Shown piece by piece: positions 41,020 to 51,083 of a stretch of 64,000 nucleotides of DNA (position 1 is the first letter of the stretch; every line of letters starts with the position of its first letter). The notes under the pieces are model-generated. The model was not told the origin of the DNA, did not search any database, and was given only the letters and a program-made list of their open reading frames with translations. The translations under genes and the position numbers were made by a program. Source of the stretch: an uncultured Acidobacteriota bacterium (lineage in GTDB: Bacteria; Acidobacteriota; UBA6911; RPQK01; JAPXNP01); NCBI GenBank assembly GCA_963777605.1, contig CAVZRV010000031.1, positions 1-64,000 of the forward strand, written 5' to 3'.

Positions 41020-42021
41020 CTATTGATTTGGCGGCAGCGGGGTGATGTGTTGAAGCAGTTCATTATCTCGAACGAGGTTCCGGTGATTCTCAAGGATCGC
41101 GATATCAGCCCGGGAGAAGACCGCATTCCACCGACGGTCCCGTTTGTTGCACAGCCAAACGGCGACTTCGGAACCCTCCAGCACTCGAGAATCGGGGGCC
41201 GGATCCTGCTTTCCAACCTTTCCGACGAGGGCATTATCGGTCGTCGATACCTTGTCCACGCCGCCGAGCTTCAATCCCCTGCTCTGCAGCGCTGCCACAG
41301 CCTGCTCCAGACTCGACCGCGCCAGATCTGGCACGAGTTTCGCGTCCGCCTCGAGAACCAGCTCCACTCTCGACTGCTTTTCTACTTCAGTACCGGCCTG
41401 GGGCTCCATGCGAAGCACTGTTCCTGGAGCCGGAGGGAAGCTCTCCACTCCCTGGGGCAATTGGTCTGCCGAGGCCGTGAGCTCGCGTCCTGACTCAGAT
41501 GGGCTCAGATCTACGTCCGTCAGTGCTTGCATAGCCTGGTCGACGGGCAGACCGACCACATTCGGGATCTCCACTGCGGAGCCGCTCAGAATGAGCCACA
41601 ATGTTACTCCGCCTCCCACCAGGAGGATCGCCGCAGCGACAGCGATCAATGGCCACCACTTGAAGCCCTCGGGGGCGGGCGCCTTTGGAACTTGAAAGGC
41701 GATCATTTGCCCTTCGTCAAACTCATCGTTGGGCCGTTGAAAGGAGGCTACCACAGGTCGCAGGGTGTAGGTCCCTTCCACGGTACCGGAAGGAACCTGA
41801 ATCTGAACGGTAAAGGAATGGGTCTCGTCAACCCCAAAGTCCTTTTCCGTTTCACCGATAACGGTCAGCCAGTCTTTATGGGTCTCCCCAAGAGCATTGA
41901 GCCAGACCTGCCCACGGATCGGGCGGCCACTCACGTTGGTTACGGTCAACGTGACCTCGCCGTGTCCGCCCAGCAGGACCCCCGGATCCTTGGCCGTAAT
42001 ACTGAAAAATCTTGCAGCCAT
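41020..42021 (-). CDS. Bitopic protein: Ig-like N-domain, TM helix, two PASTA domains
   Basis: VTLTVTNVSG...W, TM WWPLIAVAAAILLVGGGVTLWLIL, IPNVVG and VPDL...V.KQDP repeats. Confidence 0.8.
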   Translation of the reverse strand: MAARFFSITAKDPGVLLGGHGEVTLTVTNVSGRPIRGQVWLNALGETHKDWLTVIGETEKDFGVDETHSFTVQIQVPSGTVEGTYTLRPVVASFQRPNDEFDEGQMIAFQVPKAPAPEGFKWWPLIAVAAAILLVGGGVTLWLILSGSAVEIPNVVGLPVDQAMQALTDVDLSPSESGRELTASADQLPQGVESFPPAPGTVLRMEPQAGTEVEKQSRVELVLEADAKLVPDLARSSLEQAVAALQSRGLKLGGVDKVSTTDNALVGKVGKQDPAPDSRVLEGSEVAVWLCNKRDRRWNAVFSRADIAILENHRNLVRDNELLQHITPLPPNQ

Positions 42022-42213
42022 GTGTCACTTCCTCTCGTTCAACTGGTGCCCTTGCTCCCGAGTTCCCGGCCGGGGCACTCAGTTCGATGTCGTAATGTTC
42101 GAAGTCTGGGCGATCCCAGACCCACTGCTCACTTGTTTCGCTCGTTCCGTCATGGACGCCGGCTTTCCAGGCGAACTGGACCGGGATCCTTAATCTTCGT
42201 CAACCCGGAATCC

Positions 42214-42765
42214 TCAAGCGAAGTTCAGATCGTAGGTAACATGAGCGGGCTTCTCCATCTCGATGATGCGCTGGATAAGCCTGCGATGAGTTTCAGCTTC
42301 AGCCGGGGCCTCGATCCGAACATGAAATGGAATGACCCATCCCTGCGCATCACAGATCGTTTCATCGATCCGGAAGCCCTTTATTCCGGTCGCAATCTCC
42401 AGGAATCGAACGATGCCGTCTCGAGTCCCCTGCTCACGGGCGAGGCTCGCCGACGCCGCCACGAGTTCCCTCAGTCGTCCGATCCCCGAAGAAATCGGTT
42501 CCGACGAATTCCCCCAGTCTGACCGGTCTTGAGACGCTTGATCCAGGACCCAACTGAGATCGACCCACTGAGCCAGGTATTCCACCATCCGGTCCGAGGT
42601 GGTCACAGGATTGAAGTGGGCCGCAAGATCGCTCAGAATCGCTTCCGAGGGAGCATGCAATGCCTCCATGATGTCCAACACTCCGGCGAGTGGGGATCCC
42701 TCTCGCAACGTCCGGCGAATGATCTCGGGCAGCAGGGCTGCAATCTCATTCCGGTTCATGTTCAC
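42214..42765 (-). CDS. CIS baseplate wedge protein (P2 gpI-like tail protein)
   Basis: LLP...YLAQWV, GT..G...FLE..TG, EKPAHV.Y. Confidence 0.85.
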   Translation of the reverse strand: MNMNRNEIAALLPEIIRRTLREGSPLAGVLDIMEALHAPSEAILSDLAAHFNPVTTSDRMVEYLAQWVDLSWVLDQASQDRSDWGNSSEPISSGIGRLRELVAASASLAREQGTRDGIVRFLEIATGIKGFRIDETICDAQGWVIPFHVRIEAPAEAETHRRLIQRIIEMEKPAHVTYDLNFA

Positions 42766-45322
42766 TCACCGTCTCGATTTCGTGCTCTCCTGAGCAAAAG
42801 AGCCAGGTTTCGGGCAGCGTTACCGTTTCCAGAAACTCGCGCCTGGAGGAAGATTCGTAGCTGAGGCCTCCATTGTCAGATCGATGAACACCCTCGCTCG
42901 TACCGGTCATCAAGAACCGATGGTCAACATCGGAGGCCAGTGATCTGATCGAATGGTACTTCCCCACCTCACGCATCGGGAGACCGCAGCCGACTTTCGG
43001 CGGCTGCCACTTGGGCTCGTGAGAGGCCGGCTCGATCTTGAAGACTCCGGCCTGGTCCGTCGCCGCGAACAACACCTCGCCTTGAAAAGCCAGTGCCCAG
43101 CAGGTTCCTCCCTGCCATCCCTCACTGAAGAACTGCCCTTCCAACTGAATCTGGGAGCCCCGGAGCTCCCACCGGTAGCAGCCCTTTCCCTCCGCTTTCC
43201 CGGGAACTGCAATGCCGGCCCACAAATAGCGAAGGGGACCAACTTCCTGAACCTCGAGCACCCTGACATCTTCTCCTTCCAGGCCAATCCGCGTGAAACT
43301 GCCGGCCTTCGCTCCTTGAGTGGAGAGAAAGACACCAACAACGCCTCGCCCCGCGACCGCAACCGACACCTCCCCCTGGGCATCTGACGACGACGCCACT
43401 GCGTAGAATCCCAGATCCTGGTTGCCAGGCTCGACCAGAATCTGGAGGGGGACTGCCTCCGGCTTCATCGCAAGTTCATAAAGCCCGACGTCCGTGGCCA
43501 GGATCAGGATCGGCTCTCCTTCCCTATTGATCCAGTCCATGTCAAAGACGGTGAAACCCGTTTGAGCGGCCCTGCGCCACGTCTCACCACAGTCAGATGA
43601 GACGTGGACCCGTGAAGCCCCCGGCTCTGACTCCACTGCCGAGGTCACGGCCAGCAACCCGGGCCGGGACCGATGGACCTTAACCTGACGCAAATCCTCT
43701 CCGGGGAACCTGCCTGCCGTTTCCCACCCGTTACCGTCGTCCAGCGACCGGAATAGAACAGAGCCGGCAGCCGCATACCAGGCACCCCTCTGGAAGGTAT
43801 CCGCGGCGATCGAGGTCACGTCCCTTTCGGGCACCTCGTCGACGAGAAGTCGAACCTGATCGGCGTAGCTCACGCCCGAGTCGGAAAGCAGGAGGTCATA
43901 AACGTGGGATGCCCGCAAGGGATAACCGAACCTCCAGCCAGCAGATCGCTCCGAGGGGAGTGGATTGATGGCCGAATGGAGCCGGTCCAGGACCCGGGTC
44001 CTCACCGCCTCAGGCGATTCCCCCATGTGAACAACAACCCGCGCTTTGATGCGAACCTGCTTGTAGCGAACCCAGTTCACCAGGCAGGTGGTTCCCAGGG
44101 GTCGCCTGCGATCCAACTCTCCCTGAATTCTCTCCCTTTCGGTTTCCGTCTGGTGCTCGGACAACGTATCCAGCGACACCCGTTCCCCGCTCCGGGCCGC
44201 CTCAAGAACATTCGGAACCAGCAAAACCTCCACAGTCCCCGGCGCCGCGTGGACCCAGAGAGCAGCCTTTGTAAACGCCTTGGCGCGGGCTACGGCCCCG
44301 GAAGCCCGCAGGGCAGCCAACTCATAGTCTCGACCGGTCACTGCCCGGCTGAGTGACCTCAACTCCTGGGGCCCTCTGATTAGGGCGTTCTCCAGGCTTT
44401 CTGTGTTCCTTCCGCCGGTGGCCGGAGTAGGATTGACCACACTGATACCGGGAAGGGGATCGCGAAGGACTGTGAGGAGCCCGGCGCTTACATTACCCTC
44501 GGCTCCGCCTCCATGACGATACCACAATCTGATTTCCCGTTCCGCCGGAGGAACCTCGGCCAGGAGACTCGACGAATCGGCCAGCATCTGACCGGAGGCG
44601 GACATCCGGGCAGATGGTGCGAAGACGATGCTTCCAGTGAAGCGGTCGGCCAAATAGACAAAGCGCTCCCGTTCAATGTCGGTAAAACTGCCGACCTCTC
44701 GCCAGATCCGGAAGGCCTTTCCCTGGAATTCGACGGCCCTGGCCCGGCCGTCCAAGGCTGTGCGATCCGTTTCGACGCCGACCATGAGGTCCAAATCATC
44801 TCCCGTTGGAGAGATCAACGGAGAATGGGAGGTGTACACCCTTTGGCCGGCCAGCCCAGTTCCTCGACCCGCGAGTTCTCCTTCGACCAGTTCGCAGTGA
44901 CAGGCGAGGACATCTACTCCCGAGGCTTCGGGAGTAAGGGTTGCGGACGCGGTCGTCGCAAAGGAGACAATCTTCTGGGCACTGCCTCCCCTGGCCATGG
45001 TTACCCGGGTTCCCCGGGGGACCTCGAGGGATGCCGTCCCGGGGCGACTGCGACTGAATCGGAGCATAACCTGGGCGGCCGAAGGCGGCATCAATTGAAC
45101 TCCCATCAAGCGCAGAAATTCGATGAATGCCTTCTCTGGAAGCCGGTTCAGGCGGTAGATCATCGCTTCAGTGAGATAGGCGAAGAGCTCGAGCAGGACC
45201 ATGCCGGGATCGCTGGGAGAGAAGTCGGTCCATTCCGAGGTCTGTTGTGGAATCCGACTGCGTGCCTCCTCCAGGAGTTGCCGAAAATCACGATCATCGA
45301 GGTTTGGCGGAGTCAGAGACAT
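42746..45322 (-). CDS. CIS baseplate J-like protein fused to an Asp-box beta-propeller
   Basis: PNLDDRDF, WTD.SPSDPG..LLELFA, GGG..GNV, RAVT..DYE; SLDDGNGW, SSDCGETW, SDNGGLSY. Confidence 0.9.
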   Translation of the reverse strand: MSLTPPNLDDRDFRQLLEEARSRIPQQTSEWTDFSPSDPGMVLLELFAYLTEAMIYRLNRLPEKAFIEFLRLMGVQLMPPSAAQVMLRFSRSRPGTASLEVPRGTRVTMARGGSAQKIVSFATTASATLTPEASGVDVLACHCELVEGELAGRGTGLAGQRVYTSHSPLISPTGDDLDLMVGVETDRTALDGRARAVEFQGKAFRIWREVGSFTDIERERFVYLADRFTGSIVFAPSARMSASGQMLADSSSLLAEVPPAEREIRLWYRHGGGAEGNVSAGLLTVLRDPLPGISVVNPTPATGGRNTESLENALIRGPQELRSLSRAVTGRDYELAALRASGAVARAKAFTKAALWVHAAPGTVEVLLVPNVLEAARSGERVSLDTLSEHQTETERERIQGELDRRRPLGTTCLVNWVRYKQVRIKARVVVHMGESPEAVRTRVLDRLHSAINPLPSERSAGWRFGYPLRASHVYDLLLSDSGVSYADQVRLLVDEVPERDVTSIAADTFQRGAWYAAAGSVLFRSLDDGNGWETAGRFPGEDLRQVKVHRSRPGLLAVTSAVESEPGASRVHVSSDCGETWRRAAQTGFTVFDMDWINREGEPILILATDVGLYELAMKPEAVPLQILVEPGNQDLGFYAVASSSDAQGEVSVAVAGRGVVGVFLSTQGAKAGSFTRIGLEGEDVRVLEVQEVGPLRYLWAGIAVPGKAEGKGCYRWELRGSQIQLEGQFFSEGWQGGTCWALAFQGEVLFAATDQAGVFKIEPASHEPKWQPPKVGCGLPMREVGKYHSIRSLASDVDHRFLMTGTSEGVHRSDNGGLSYESSSRREFLETVTLPETWLFCSGEHEIETVSEHEPE

Positions 45323-45753
45323 CAGGAGGCCTCTCCGGACAGGTTGAAGGGAAATGAAAGTCGGGCCCTCTCCAGCGTTTTACGCACCCGGTACTCCAGA
45401 AGAATGTCGAGTCTGCCCGGGTCCGACTTGTTCGGTTCAGCATCCAGAAAGAGGATCTCGATCCGGGGTTCCCACCGGACCAGGCACTGTCGGACATAAT
45501 GAATCGCAAGACCGGCAGTCGTTTGATCGTTAGGCGAAAACTGGAGCCGGGCCAGTTCGCACCCGTACTGGGGGCGCATCACCCGCTCACCGGGGCGCGT
45601 GGAGAGCAGGAGGAAAATGGCCTGTCGCACTGAGGCCTGATCCTCAACCATCCCGATTCCTCCCGTTGGGGAGATGCGAATACCTGCATCGCTTTCCGGA
45701 ACATCGAGGTCAGGGAGATCGAATCGCCACGCCCGATATCTTGGAACCGTCAT
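45322..45753 (-). CDS. CIS GPW/gp25 baseplate protein
   Basis: LLSTRPGERVMRPQYGC, RWEPRI. Confidence 0.92.
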   Translation of the reverse strand: MTVPRYRAWRFDLPDLDVPESDAGIRISPTGGIGMVEDQASVRQAIFLLLSTRPGERVMRPQYGCELARLQFSPNDQTTAGLAIHYVRQCLVRWEPRIEILFLDAEPNKSDPGRLDILLEYRVRKTLERARLSFPFNLSGEAS

Positions 45754-46094
45754 TCCGTCCCCTCCCCCACAAGGTCCTGTCCCGGGTTTCTCACTTTGTA
45801 ATCAACCGTTCCCGGCGGAGTCCCGTCGGTCAGCCCGCGCACGCTCTCCAGGCAAACCTTGCGGCTGTCAATCCGAAGGAGATCCGAGTAGCCCACTCGG
45901 ACCTTCAGGGTCACCTGGCATGGCTTGATTCCGATCCCGACGTTTGGACAGCCCTTGATCTCTTTCCTTTCGGGATCGGCTTCGACCAGCACTCTGCGGT
46001 CCTCGACCGTAACCAGGTCCTGCGTGGGCGGCACCTCAATGTTGCCCAATTCGTGCAGGCAGACGAGAATTGCGTCTTCGGTCAGCCAGTTCAA
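45750..46094 (-). CDS. PAAR-like spike tip protein
   Basis: C.H, GCP....PC metal-ligand pattern; between VgrG and gp25. Confidence 0.7.
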   Translation of the reverse strand: MNWLTEDAILVCLHELGNIEVPPTQDLVTVEDRRVLVEADPERKEIKGCPNVGIGIKPCQVTLKVRVGYSDLLRIDSRKVCLESVRGLTDGTPPGTVDYKVRNPGQDLVGEGTE

Positions 46095-47615
46095 TCATGC
46101 CCTCCGAAAATCAATGTTGCTCCCTCGAATCACAATCGGGTTTCCAGGTGCCCGGATCTCGAGACCGGTCATGGCGTGCAAAAGCACCTTCTCGGGGGTC
46201 AGTTCCACAAAGCTGCCCTGGCTATTCTCGAGGCGAATGCGGGACCCGGAGTCGTCCAGGGTAATCTTCTGACCAGCTGGCGTCTGCAAGGTATACCTGC
46301 GGACTCGGCCGTCCTCGAGGCCCCAGTCGGGAACGGACTTGACTCCGAACAGGCCTCCAAGGACAACCCCCTGGCTGAGATCCTCACGGGCAAACAGCAC
46401 CAGCACCTGATCGTCCAGGTCGGGCAATGCCACCAGCCCTTTGCCAGCTCCGGCCCCGACTGTGACCACCCCCAGCCAGTTCGTCTCGATTCCCCCGAGC
46501 GATGGCAGGACCGCCTGGATCCGTCCCAGACCTTCGGGATCATCAACACTCGTCACAACCCCAACGGTTACGATGGGGCCTCGAGCGCGTTGCGAGAACG
46601 GTGCAACCGCGGTCGACAACTCCGACAGGTGACCTCGGGCGGCGTCAACTGTGTGGGTCACCTCGGTCACGACATAGTCTCCATCCAGAGAAGCGCCCAG
46701 CCCATCGACCTCGGCAACCACCCCGGGCTCCAGATCGGAATTGCCCGCAGCTATTCCCCAGAGCACAACTTCGTTGGCGATGCGGATGTCGAGTTCGGCC
46801 TGAGCCGTCGCATCGGCCAGGGCGTCATCGGTCCAGACATCGTTCAAAATCAGGCGCTCTCCGGTTCCCCCGAGCCGGCCAGGCGAGACTTCGCGCGAGA
46901 TCCGGCGACCGTTACGACCCGCCTCCGCCTCGCCGCGACGTTCTTCAACCCGACCCAGATCCCAACCGAGTGATGCGACACTTCTGCATGAAGGATCACC
47001 GTTGATCTCTACTCGCGCTTCAAGGAGCGTGGTTCCGACCGAGAGCGGCACCCGCTGATCACGTCCGGCGAGACTGAAGAGCTGCACTGAAGGCCCATCG
47101 AGGAAGAAGAACAAACCGGCACGCTCACAGGATTCTCGCAACAACTCCAAATCCGTCTGTCCCCACTGCGCCAGGCGATTCCAGACCGGCCCGGTTTCCC
47201 CGGCCTCGATGGAAAGACCCAGGTCCCCGACCAGTTCGCGGGCCAGCCCCTCACAATTCAGCGAAGTGAAAACTCGGGTCGGCTGGCGCTTCTGGAGCCG
47301 ATGGAGCAGGTCATAAGCTCGAATCGTCATCAGATGTCCGCCCGCACTTTCAAAAACGTGTTCAACCGCGGTGATCTCGCCTTCAAAAATGGAGCCGGAA
47401 AGACCTTCGGCCTCAACCCGCAATTTGGATCCTGGTTCCACCGGACTCGCCGGTTCTCCTCGATTGGGTGGATCCAGAAAGGTCAGTATGCAAAGTGCAG
47501 GCATCGAAAGGCGCTGCTGAACCCGGACCGCACCGAGATTGCCGTGCCGCACTGGATCGGTCGCAGTGCCATCGATTTCGACAATGATCGAGGGCACGGA
47601 TGCCGAATGCGCCAT
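46095..47615 (-). CDS. VgrG-like hub/spike protein
   Basis: Q..QTDLELL, GVVT..DDPEGLGRI, G...LP...DQVLV.F, G.KI.LDD. Confidence 0.9.
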   Translation of the reverse strand: MAHSASVPSIIVEIDGTATDPVRHGNLGAVRVQQRLSMPALCILTFLDPPNRGEPASPVEPGSKLRVEAEGLSGSIFEGEITAVEHVFESAGGHLMTIRAYDLLHRLQKRQPTRVFTSLNCEGLARELVGDLGLSIEAGETGPVWNRLAQWGQTDLELLRESCERAGLFFFLDGPSVQLFSLAGRDQRVPLSVGTTLLEARVEINGDPSCRSVASLGWDLGRVEERRGEAEAGRNGRRISREVSPGRLGGTGERLILNDVWTDDALADATAQAELDIRIANEVVLWGIAAGNSDLEPGVVAEVDGLGASLDGDYVVTEVTHTVDAARGHLSELSTAVAPFSQRARGPIVTVGVVTSVDDPEGLGRIQAVLPSLGGIETNWLGVVTVGAGAGKGLVALPDLDDQVLVLFAREDLSQGVVLGGLFGVKSVPDWGLEDGRVRRYTLQTPAGQKITLDDSGSRIRLENSQGSFVELTPEKVLLHAMTGLEIRAPGNPIVIRGSNIDFRRA

Positions 47616-47618
47616 TCG

Positions 47619-48359
47619 CTAGCTCCTTTCCCCGTGGATCGATGGGATTCTGAGCAGAGCGCCCGACGCGATTCGGAGCGGATCCTCCACGTTATTGGCC
47701 CACGCGATCAGCCTCCAGAACACCGGACTTCCATAGCGGCGAAACGCGATGTCCGACAGACTCTCGCTGGCTCTTCCTCCATCCGGATCCGTGCCCCCGA
47801 TCACCTCGAAAACCCCGTCCGTGTCCTGCGGTTCGCCCGAAACGGACTCAGTTGATAAAGCAGCAGGCAGGCTTTCGGGAGCGTTCTGCGCCTCTTTGAA
47901 CATCTCCGGAACGCGGACGAGTCTCATCCGCAGCCAGGATCTTCTGGGCGATCCGACCGAATCGAACTGCTCGAACCGCTCCGAGACTGCGGTAATAACG
48001 CCGGGAATGTTCCAGATTTTGCCCCAGACGAACCGAACGACTGGAGGCCTGGCTGAAGATCCGTCGGAGGCGCTGTTTTCGGCCAGCTGCCAAAGGGGGG
48101 CCGTCAGATTCCGAACGTTTTCGGTCTGAATGGATGAACCGGACAGCGTCGTGTCGAAGAGCAGGTCCAACGTCAACTCCGTGGTTCCTCCTCCGGTGAA
48201 CACCAGGGGATCGTCGGATAGTCCTCCGCCGGACACCCGGCCATTCAGCGATTTTCGGGCCTGAACACCGGCCAGTCGCCGCACCACGAGCGAGTCCGGG
48301 TTGAGGAGACACCGGATGCGTTCCCCGGTTTCCTCGACGAGAAGGGCTACCCGTTCCAT
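47619..48359 (-). CDS. CIS tube initiator with LysM-like C-terminus
   Basis: NP..L, L.LDLLFDT, PPVVRFVWG, F...G.PRR, IA.RRYG....WRLIA..N...DP. Confidence 0.85.
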   Translation of the reverse strand: MERVALLVEETGERIRCLLNPDSLVVRRLAGVQARKSLNGRVSGGGLSDDPLVFTGGGTTELTLDLLFDTTLSGSSIQTENVRNLTAPLWQLAENSASDGSSARPPVVRFVWGKIWNIPGVITAVSERFEQFDSVGSPRRSWLRMRLVRVPEMFKEAQNAPESLPAALSTESVSGEPQDTDGVFEVIGGTDPDGGRASESLSDIAFRRYGSPVFWRLIAWANNVEDPLRIASGALLRIPSIHGERS

Positions 48360-49390
48360 CGTCTACCTTCCTGTTCCCGACTGAGCCGCCTCTTTCGCTT
48401 TTCGTCCTGCTCCCCCGATTGGATCTCAGCGTACCAGTCCCCGCCCGGGTCAAGGAGGGACGGCCACGGATCATCCGGTGGCAGTGGGAACTGACCCGGC
48501 CGGACATCCGCAATCGGCTGACTGAGGTTCAGCTGACTTGCTCCATCTGGTGAAAGCACAAACGCGGCAGTGCTCAGCGGCTCGAACGGCGCTGGAAACA
48601 CGCCGGCTCCCGGTAAGGTTGCGACGGCCTGCTCCGTAACGTTCCGGCCGGGCACCGTCGCGCCCGGGTCCCGGCGGTCACCTCCCCCATGCGGAGGAAG
48701 AACCCTGGCGCGGTTCCCGTTGAGTCGGTTTTCCGCGATCGCTGCTTTCTGGTTCTGGGGGCAGGTAAAGGGTAGCTCCCGTGAAACTGGTTTGGCAATC
48801 GAATGGCGTACTCCTCCGGGACCCGCAACGGAAGCAGGTTCGGAAGCGGAACTCTCCTCAGACAATCGACCCTCGACCAGACGATTCCGGGTTACAGATA
48901 CGCCTTCTTTTCTCCGCTGGAAAGCCGTTTCCTTCCGATCTGTCGACCCGTCCGAATCTGACGGTTCAACCGGAGGAACGAACGCTGAGCCGGAGTCCCG
49001 CGATTCAAGCGCCCGGTGGCTCACAACCGCGGGTTGGAAAACGGGCTGAGGTCGGCCTTCCCGATCAGTCCGAATCCCTTTGACGCGGCGAGACCTTACC
49101 CCAGGCTTTCTTCCCTGACCCCAGTGGACCCACTTCAGCTCCCCGGCCTTTATGGATTTGCCGGCACCGTACTCGGAACGTTCCCGGATGTGCTCCAGCC
49201 AGTGCGGCGGGGGCTCGGGATAGCTCGCCAGAAAAGCCCGTTCGAGCCAATCCGGCGCCACAGACGGGCGGTGAGGAGACATTGGCGGTCTGCGGTCGAA
49301 CCCGAGTTTTCCTGCCAGCACGTTGCTCCAGGCGATGACTATGCGAAGCAATCTGAGAAAGAGTCTTCTTGCCAGATCGAGCAGCATCAT
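48347..49390 (-). CDS. CIS-associated low-complexity hypothetical protein
   Basis: Tightly packed between the tube and initiator genes; Pro/Ser/Arg-rich. Confidence 0.6.
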   Translation of the reverse strand: MMLLDLARRLFLRLLRIVIAWSNVLAGKLGFDRRPPMSPHRPSVAPDWLERAFLASYPEPPPHWLEHIRERSEYGAGKSIKAGELKWVHWGQGRKPGVRSRRVKGIRTDREGRPQPVFQPAVVSHRALESRDSGSAFVPPVEPSDSDGSTDRKETAFQRRKEGVSVTRNRLVEGRLSEESSASEPASVAGPGGVRHSIAKPVSRELPFTCPQNQKAAIAENRLNGNRARVLPPHGGGDRRDPGATVPGRNVTEQAVATLPGAGVFPAPFEPLSTAAFVLSPDGASQLNLSQPIADVRPGQFPLPPDDPWPSLLDPGGDWYAEIQSGEQDEKRKRRLSREQEGRRWNG

Positions 49391-49393
49391 CCG

Positions 49394-49876
49394 TTAGCCT
49401 CGATCCAGAGATTCGAATACCAACGTGATTGACTCAATGGCGGCTTCATTCGTCAAGGCATCCAGCGGAGCTCCACACCATTCGGCAGGCCAGGCATTAA
49501 TCAAGTTCCAACGGAGCATCTCGGTCACCCCATCAGCATCGAGCATCACAATCGAGACATTCCGGCGTTCGACCCGACCCTGAACGGCGGTCAAAAACCA
49601 CTCCCACAGGTCGGTTGATGTCGTCAGACCGTATCGCAGGGTGATGTCCCCATAATCAACCTGGCCCGGCAGCCTGCGGACCACCTGGCTGGTCCCACCC
49701 TCACGATAACGAATGGCATCGACACTGATACGCATACCGCTGCAGGCAGTGAAATGACCCTCGGTCACACCCTGGACTTCGAGTTTGAAATTGTAAGCGC
49801 GGAAGGGATCCACCCAACCACCTGTCTGAGCGCCTGTTTCTGTCTCCTGAGGCGGGGTTTCGGCAGGTTCCGGCAT
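49394..49876 (-). CDS. CIS tail tube protein (T4 gp19-like)
   Basis: DPFRAYNF, YREGG, PG...Y.DITLRYG, W....AWP..W. Confidence 0.92.
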   Translation of the reverse strand: MPEPAETPPQETETGAQTGGWVDPFRAYNFKLEVQGVTEGHFTACSGMRISVDAIRYREGGTSQVVRRLPGQVDYGDITLRYGLTTSTDLWEWFLTAVQGRVERRNVSIVMLDADGVTEMLRWNLINAWPAEWCGAPLDALTNEAAIESITLVFESLDRG

Positions 49877-49888
49877 GGTTCATCTCCT

Positions 49889-51082
49889 TTATTCGGTTTC
49901 GATTTCGGCACCGGAGGCACTCTGGCCAATCCGGAAAACGATAAATTCAGCAGGTTTTACGGGGGCCATTCCGATCAGAATGACGACGCGGCCAGCGTCG
50001 ATCGATTCCGGGGGATTGGTCTCTTCGTCGCATTTGACGAAAAATGCCTCTTCTGGAGTGCGCCCCATCAAGGCACCGTCCCTCCAGATATTGGTGAGAA
50101 AGGCGCTCACATCACGCCGGATCTTCTTCCACAGGGTCTGATCGTTCGGCTCGAAAACGATCCACCGGGTACTGTTCGCGATTGACTCCTCGACCATGCT
50201 GAACAGTCGGCGGACGTTTAGATACGTCCACTCGCTCCCCTGCTCGGCCAGAGTCCGGGCTCCCCAAACCAGGATCCCGTCACGGGGAAACAGGCGGATA
50301 CAGTTGACTCCGTGCTGGTTCAGTTCTCCCTGTTCCTCTCGGGTCAACCGGTACGTCACGTTCAGGGCGCCACGAATTCTCTCGTTCGCGGGAGCCTTGT
50401 GAACGCCGCGAGTGGCGTCCGACCGAGCATAGATCCCGGCCAGGTGGCCCGATGGGGCTATATCCACAAAGTCATTCGGCGGCAGCGGATCCCTCACGGT
50501 AATTCTCGGAAAGTAGACCGCCCCCCAGGGGGATGCGGGAGGCCTCAGTCCACCAGCGGGCTCTCCCTCTGACTCATCCTCGCCTGGTTTCTTCTTCTTG
50601 GTCGAGACGACGGCAACCTGCGTCAGGAGGTCCAATCTGGGGATTGCTTCCGGGCAGTCAAGGATCGCAAAGCGGTCCTTCATCCCCTCGCAGTGATCGA
50701 GCAATGCGGCGTACGAGGCCGCGTCTGCATAACCTGGTGCCGCCACGATCGCGACCTCATCGATTTCCCTGAGAACGTCGAGCCCGGATCGTTTCGTTCC
50801 CCCTCCGGAAATATCTGTGCAGTTGACCACGAAGCACCGACGTCCGCCATTGGCAAAGAAGCCATAGACCGCCTGGGACAGAGGAGTGCTGGGGCTGCCG
50901 TTCGGCACGTACTCGCCCACGAACTGGGTCCAATTGTTGATCGCAATGGCCTGGTTCACGTGCGCGCCCGCATCCGGGGCTTTTCCTACGAACCCGGCTG
51001 TACTCGTGCCGGTTGGCTGGATCGGACGAGGTCCCATCGAAACTTCTTCAACATAGATGCCCGGTGCAAGGTAGGTCGGCAT
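49889..51082 (-). CDS. CIS tail sheath protein
   Basis: PGIYVEE, RGVHKAPAN, VWGARTL, Y.NVRR, FEPND, PVKPAEF. Confidence 0.95.
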   Translation of the reverse strand: MPTYLAPGIYVEEVSMGPRPIQPTGTSTAGFVGKAPDAGAHVNQAIAINNWTQFVGEYVPNGSPSTPLSQAVYGFFANGGRRCFVVNCTDISGGGTKRSGLDVLREIDEVAIVAAPGYADAASYAALLDHCEGMKDRFAILDCPEAIPRLDLLTQVAVVSTKKKKPGEDESEGEPAGGLRPPASPWGAVYFPRITVRDPLPPNDFVDIAPSGHLAGIYARSDATRGVHKAPANERIRGALNVTYRLTREEQGELNQHGVNCIRLFPRDGILVWGARTLAEQGSEWTYLNVRRLFSMVEESIANSTRWIVFEPNDQTLWKKIRRDVSAFLTNIWRDGALMGRTPEEAFFVKCDEETNPPESIDAGRVVILIGMAPVKPAEFIVFRIGQSASGAEIETE

Positions 51083-51083
51083 G

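Noticed and set aside
45666-46973. Long + strand ORFs opposite CIS genes (also 41527-42522, 44513-45499, 21061-22242)
   Set aside because: Antisense shadows of well-supported genes in GC-rich DNA.
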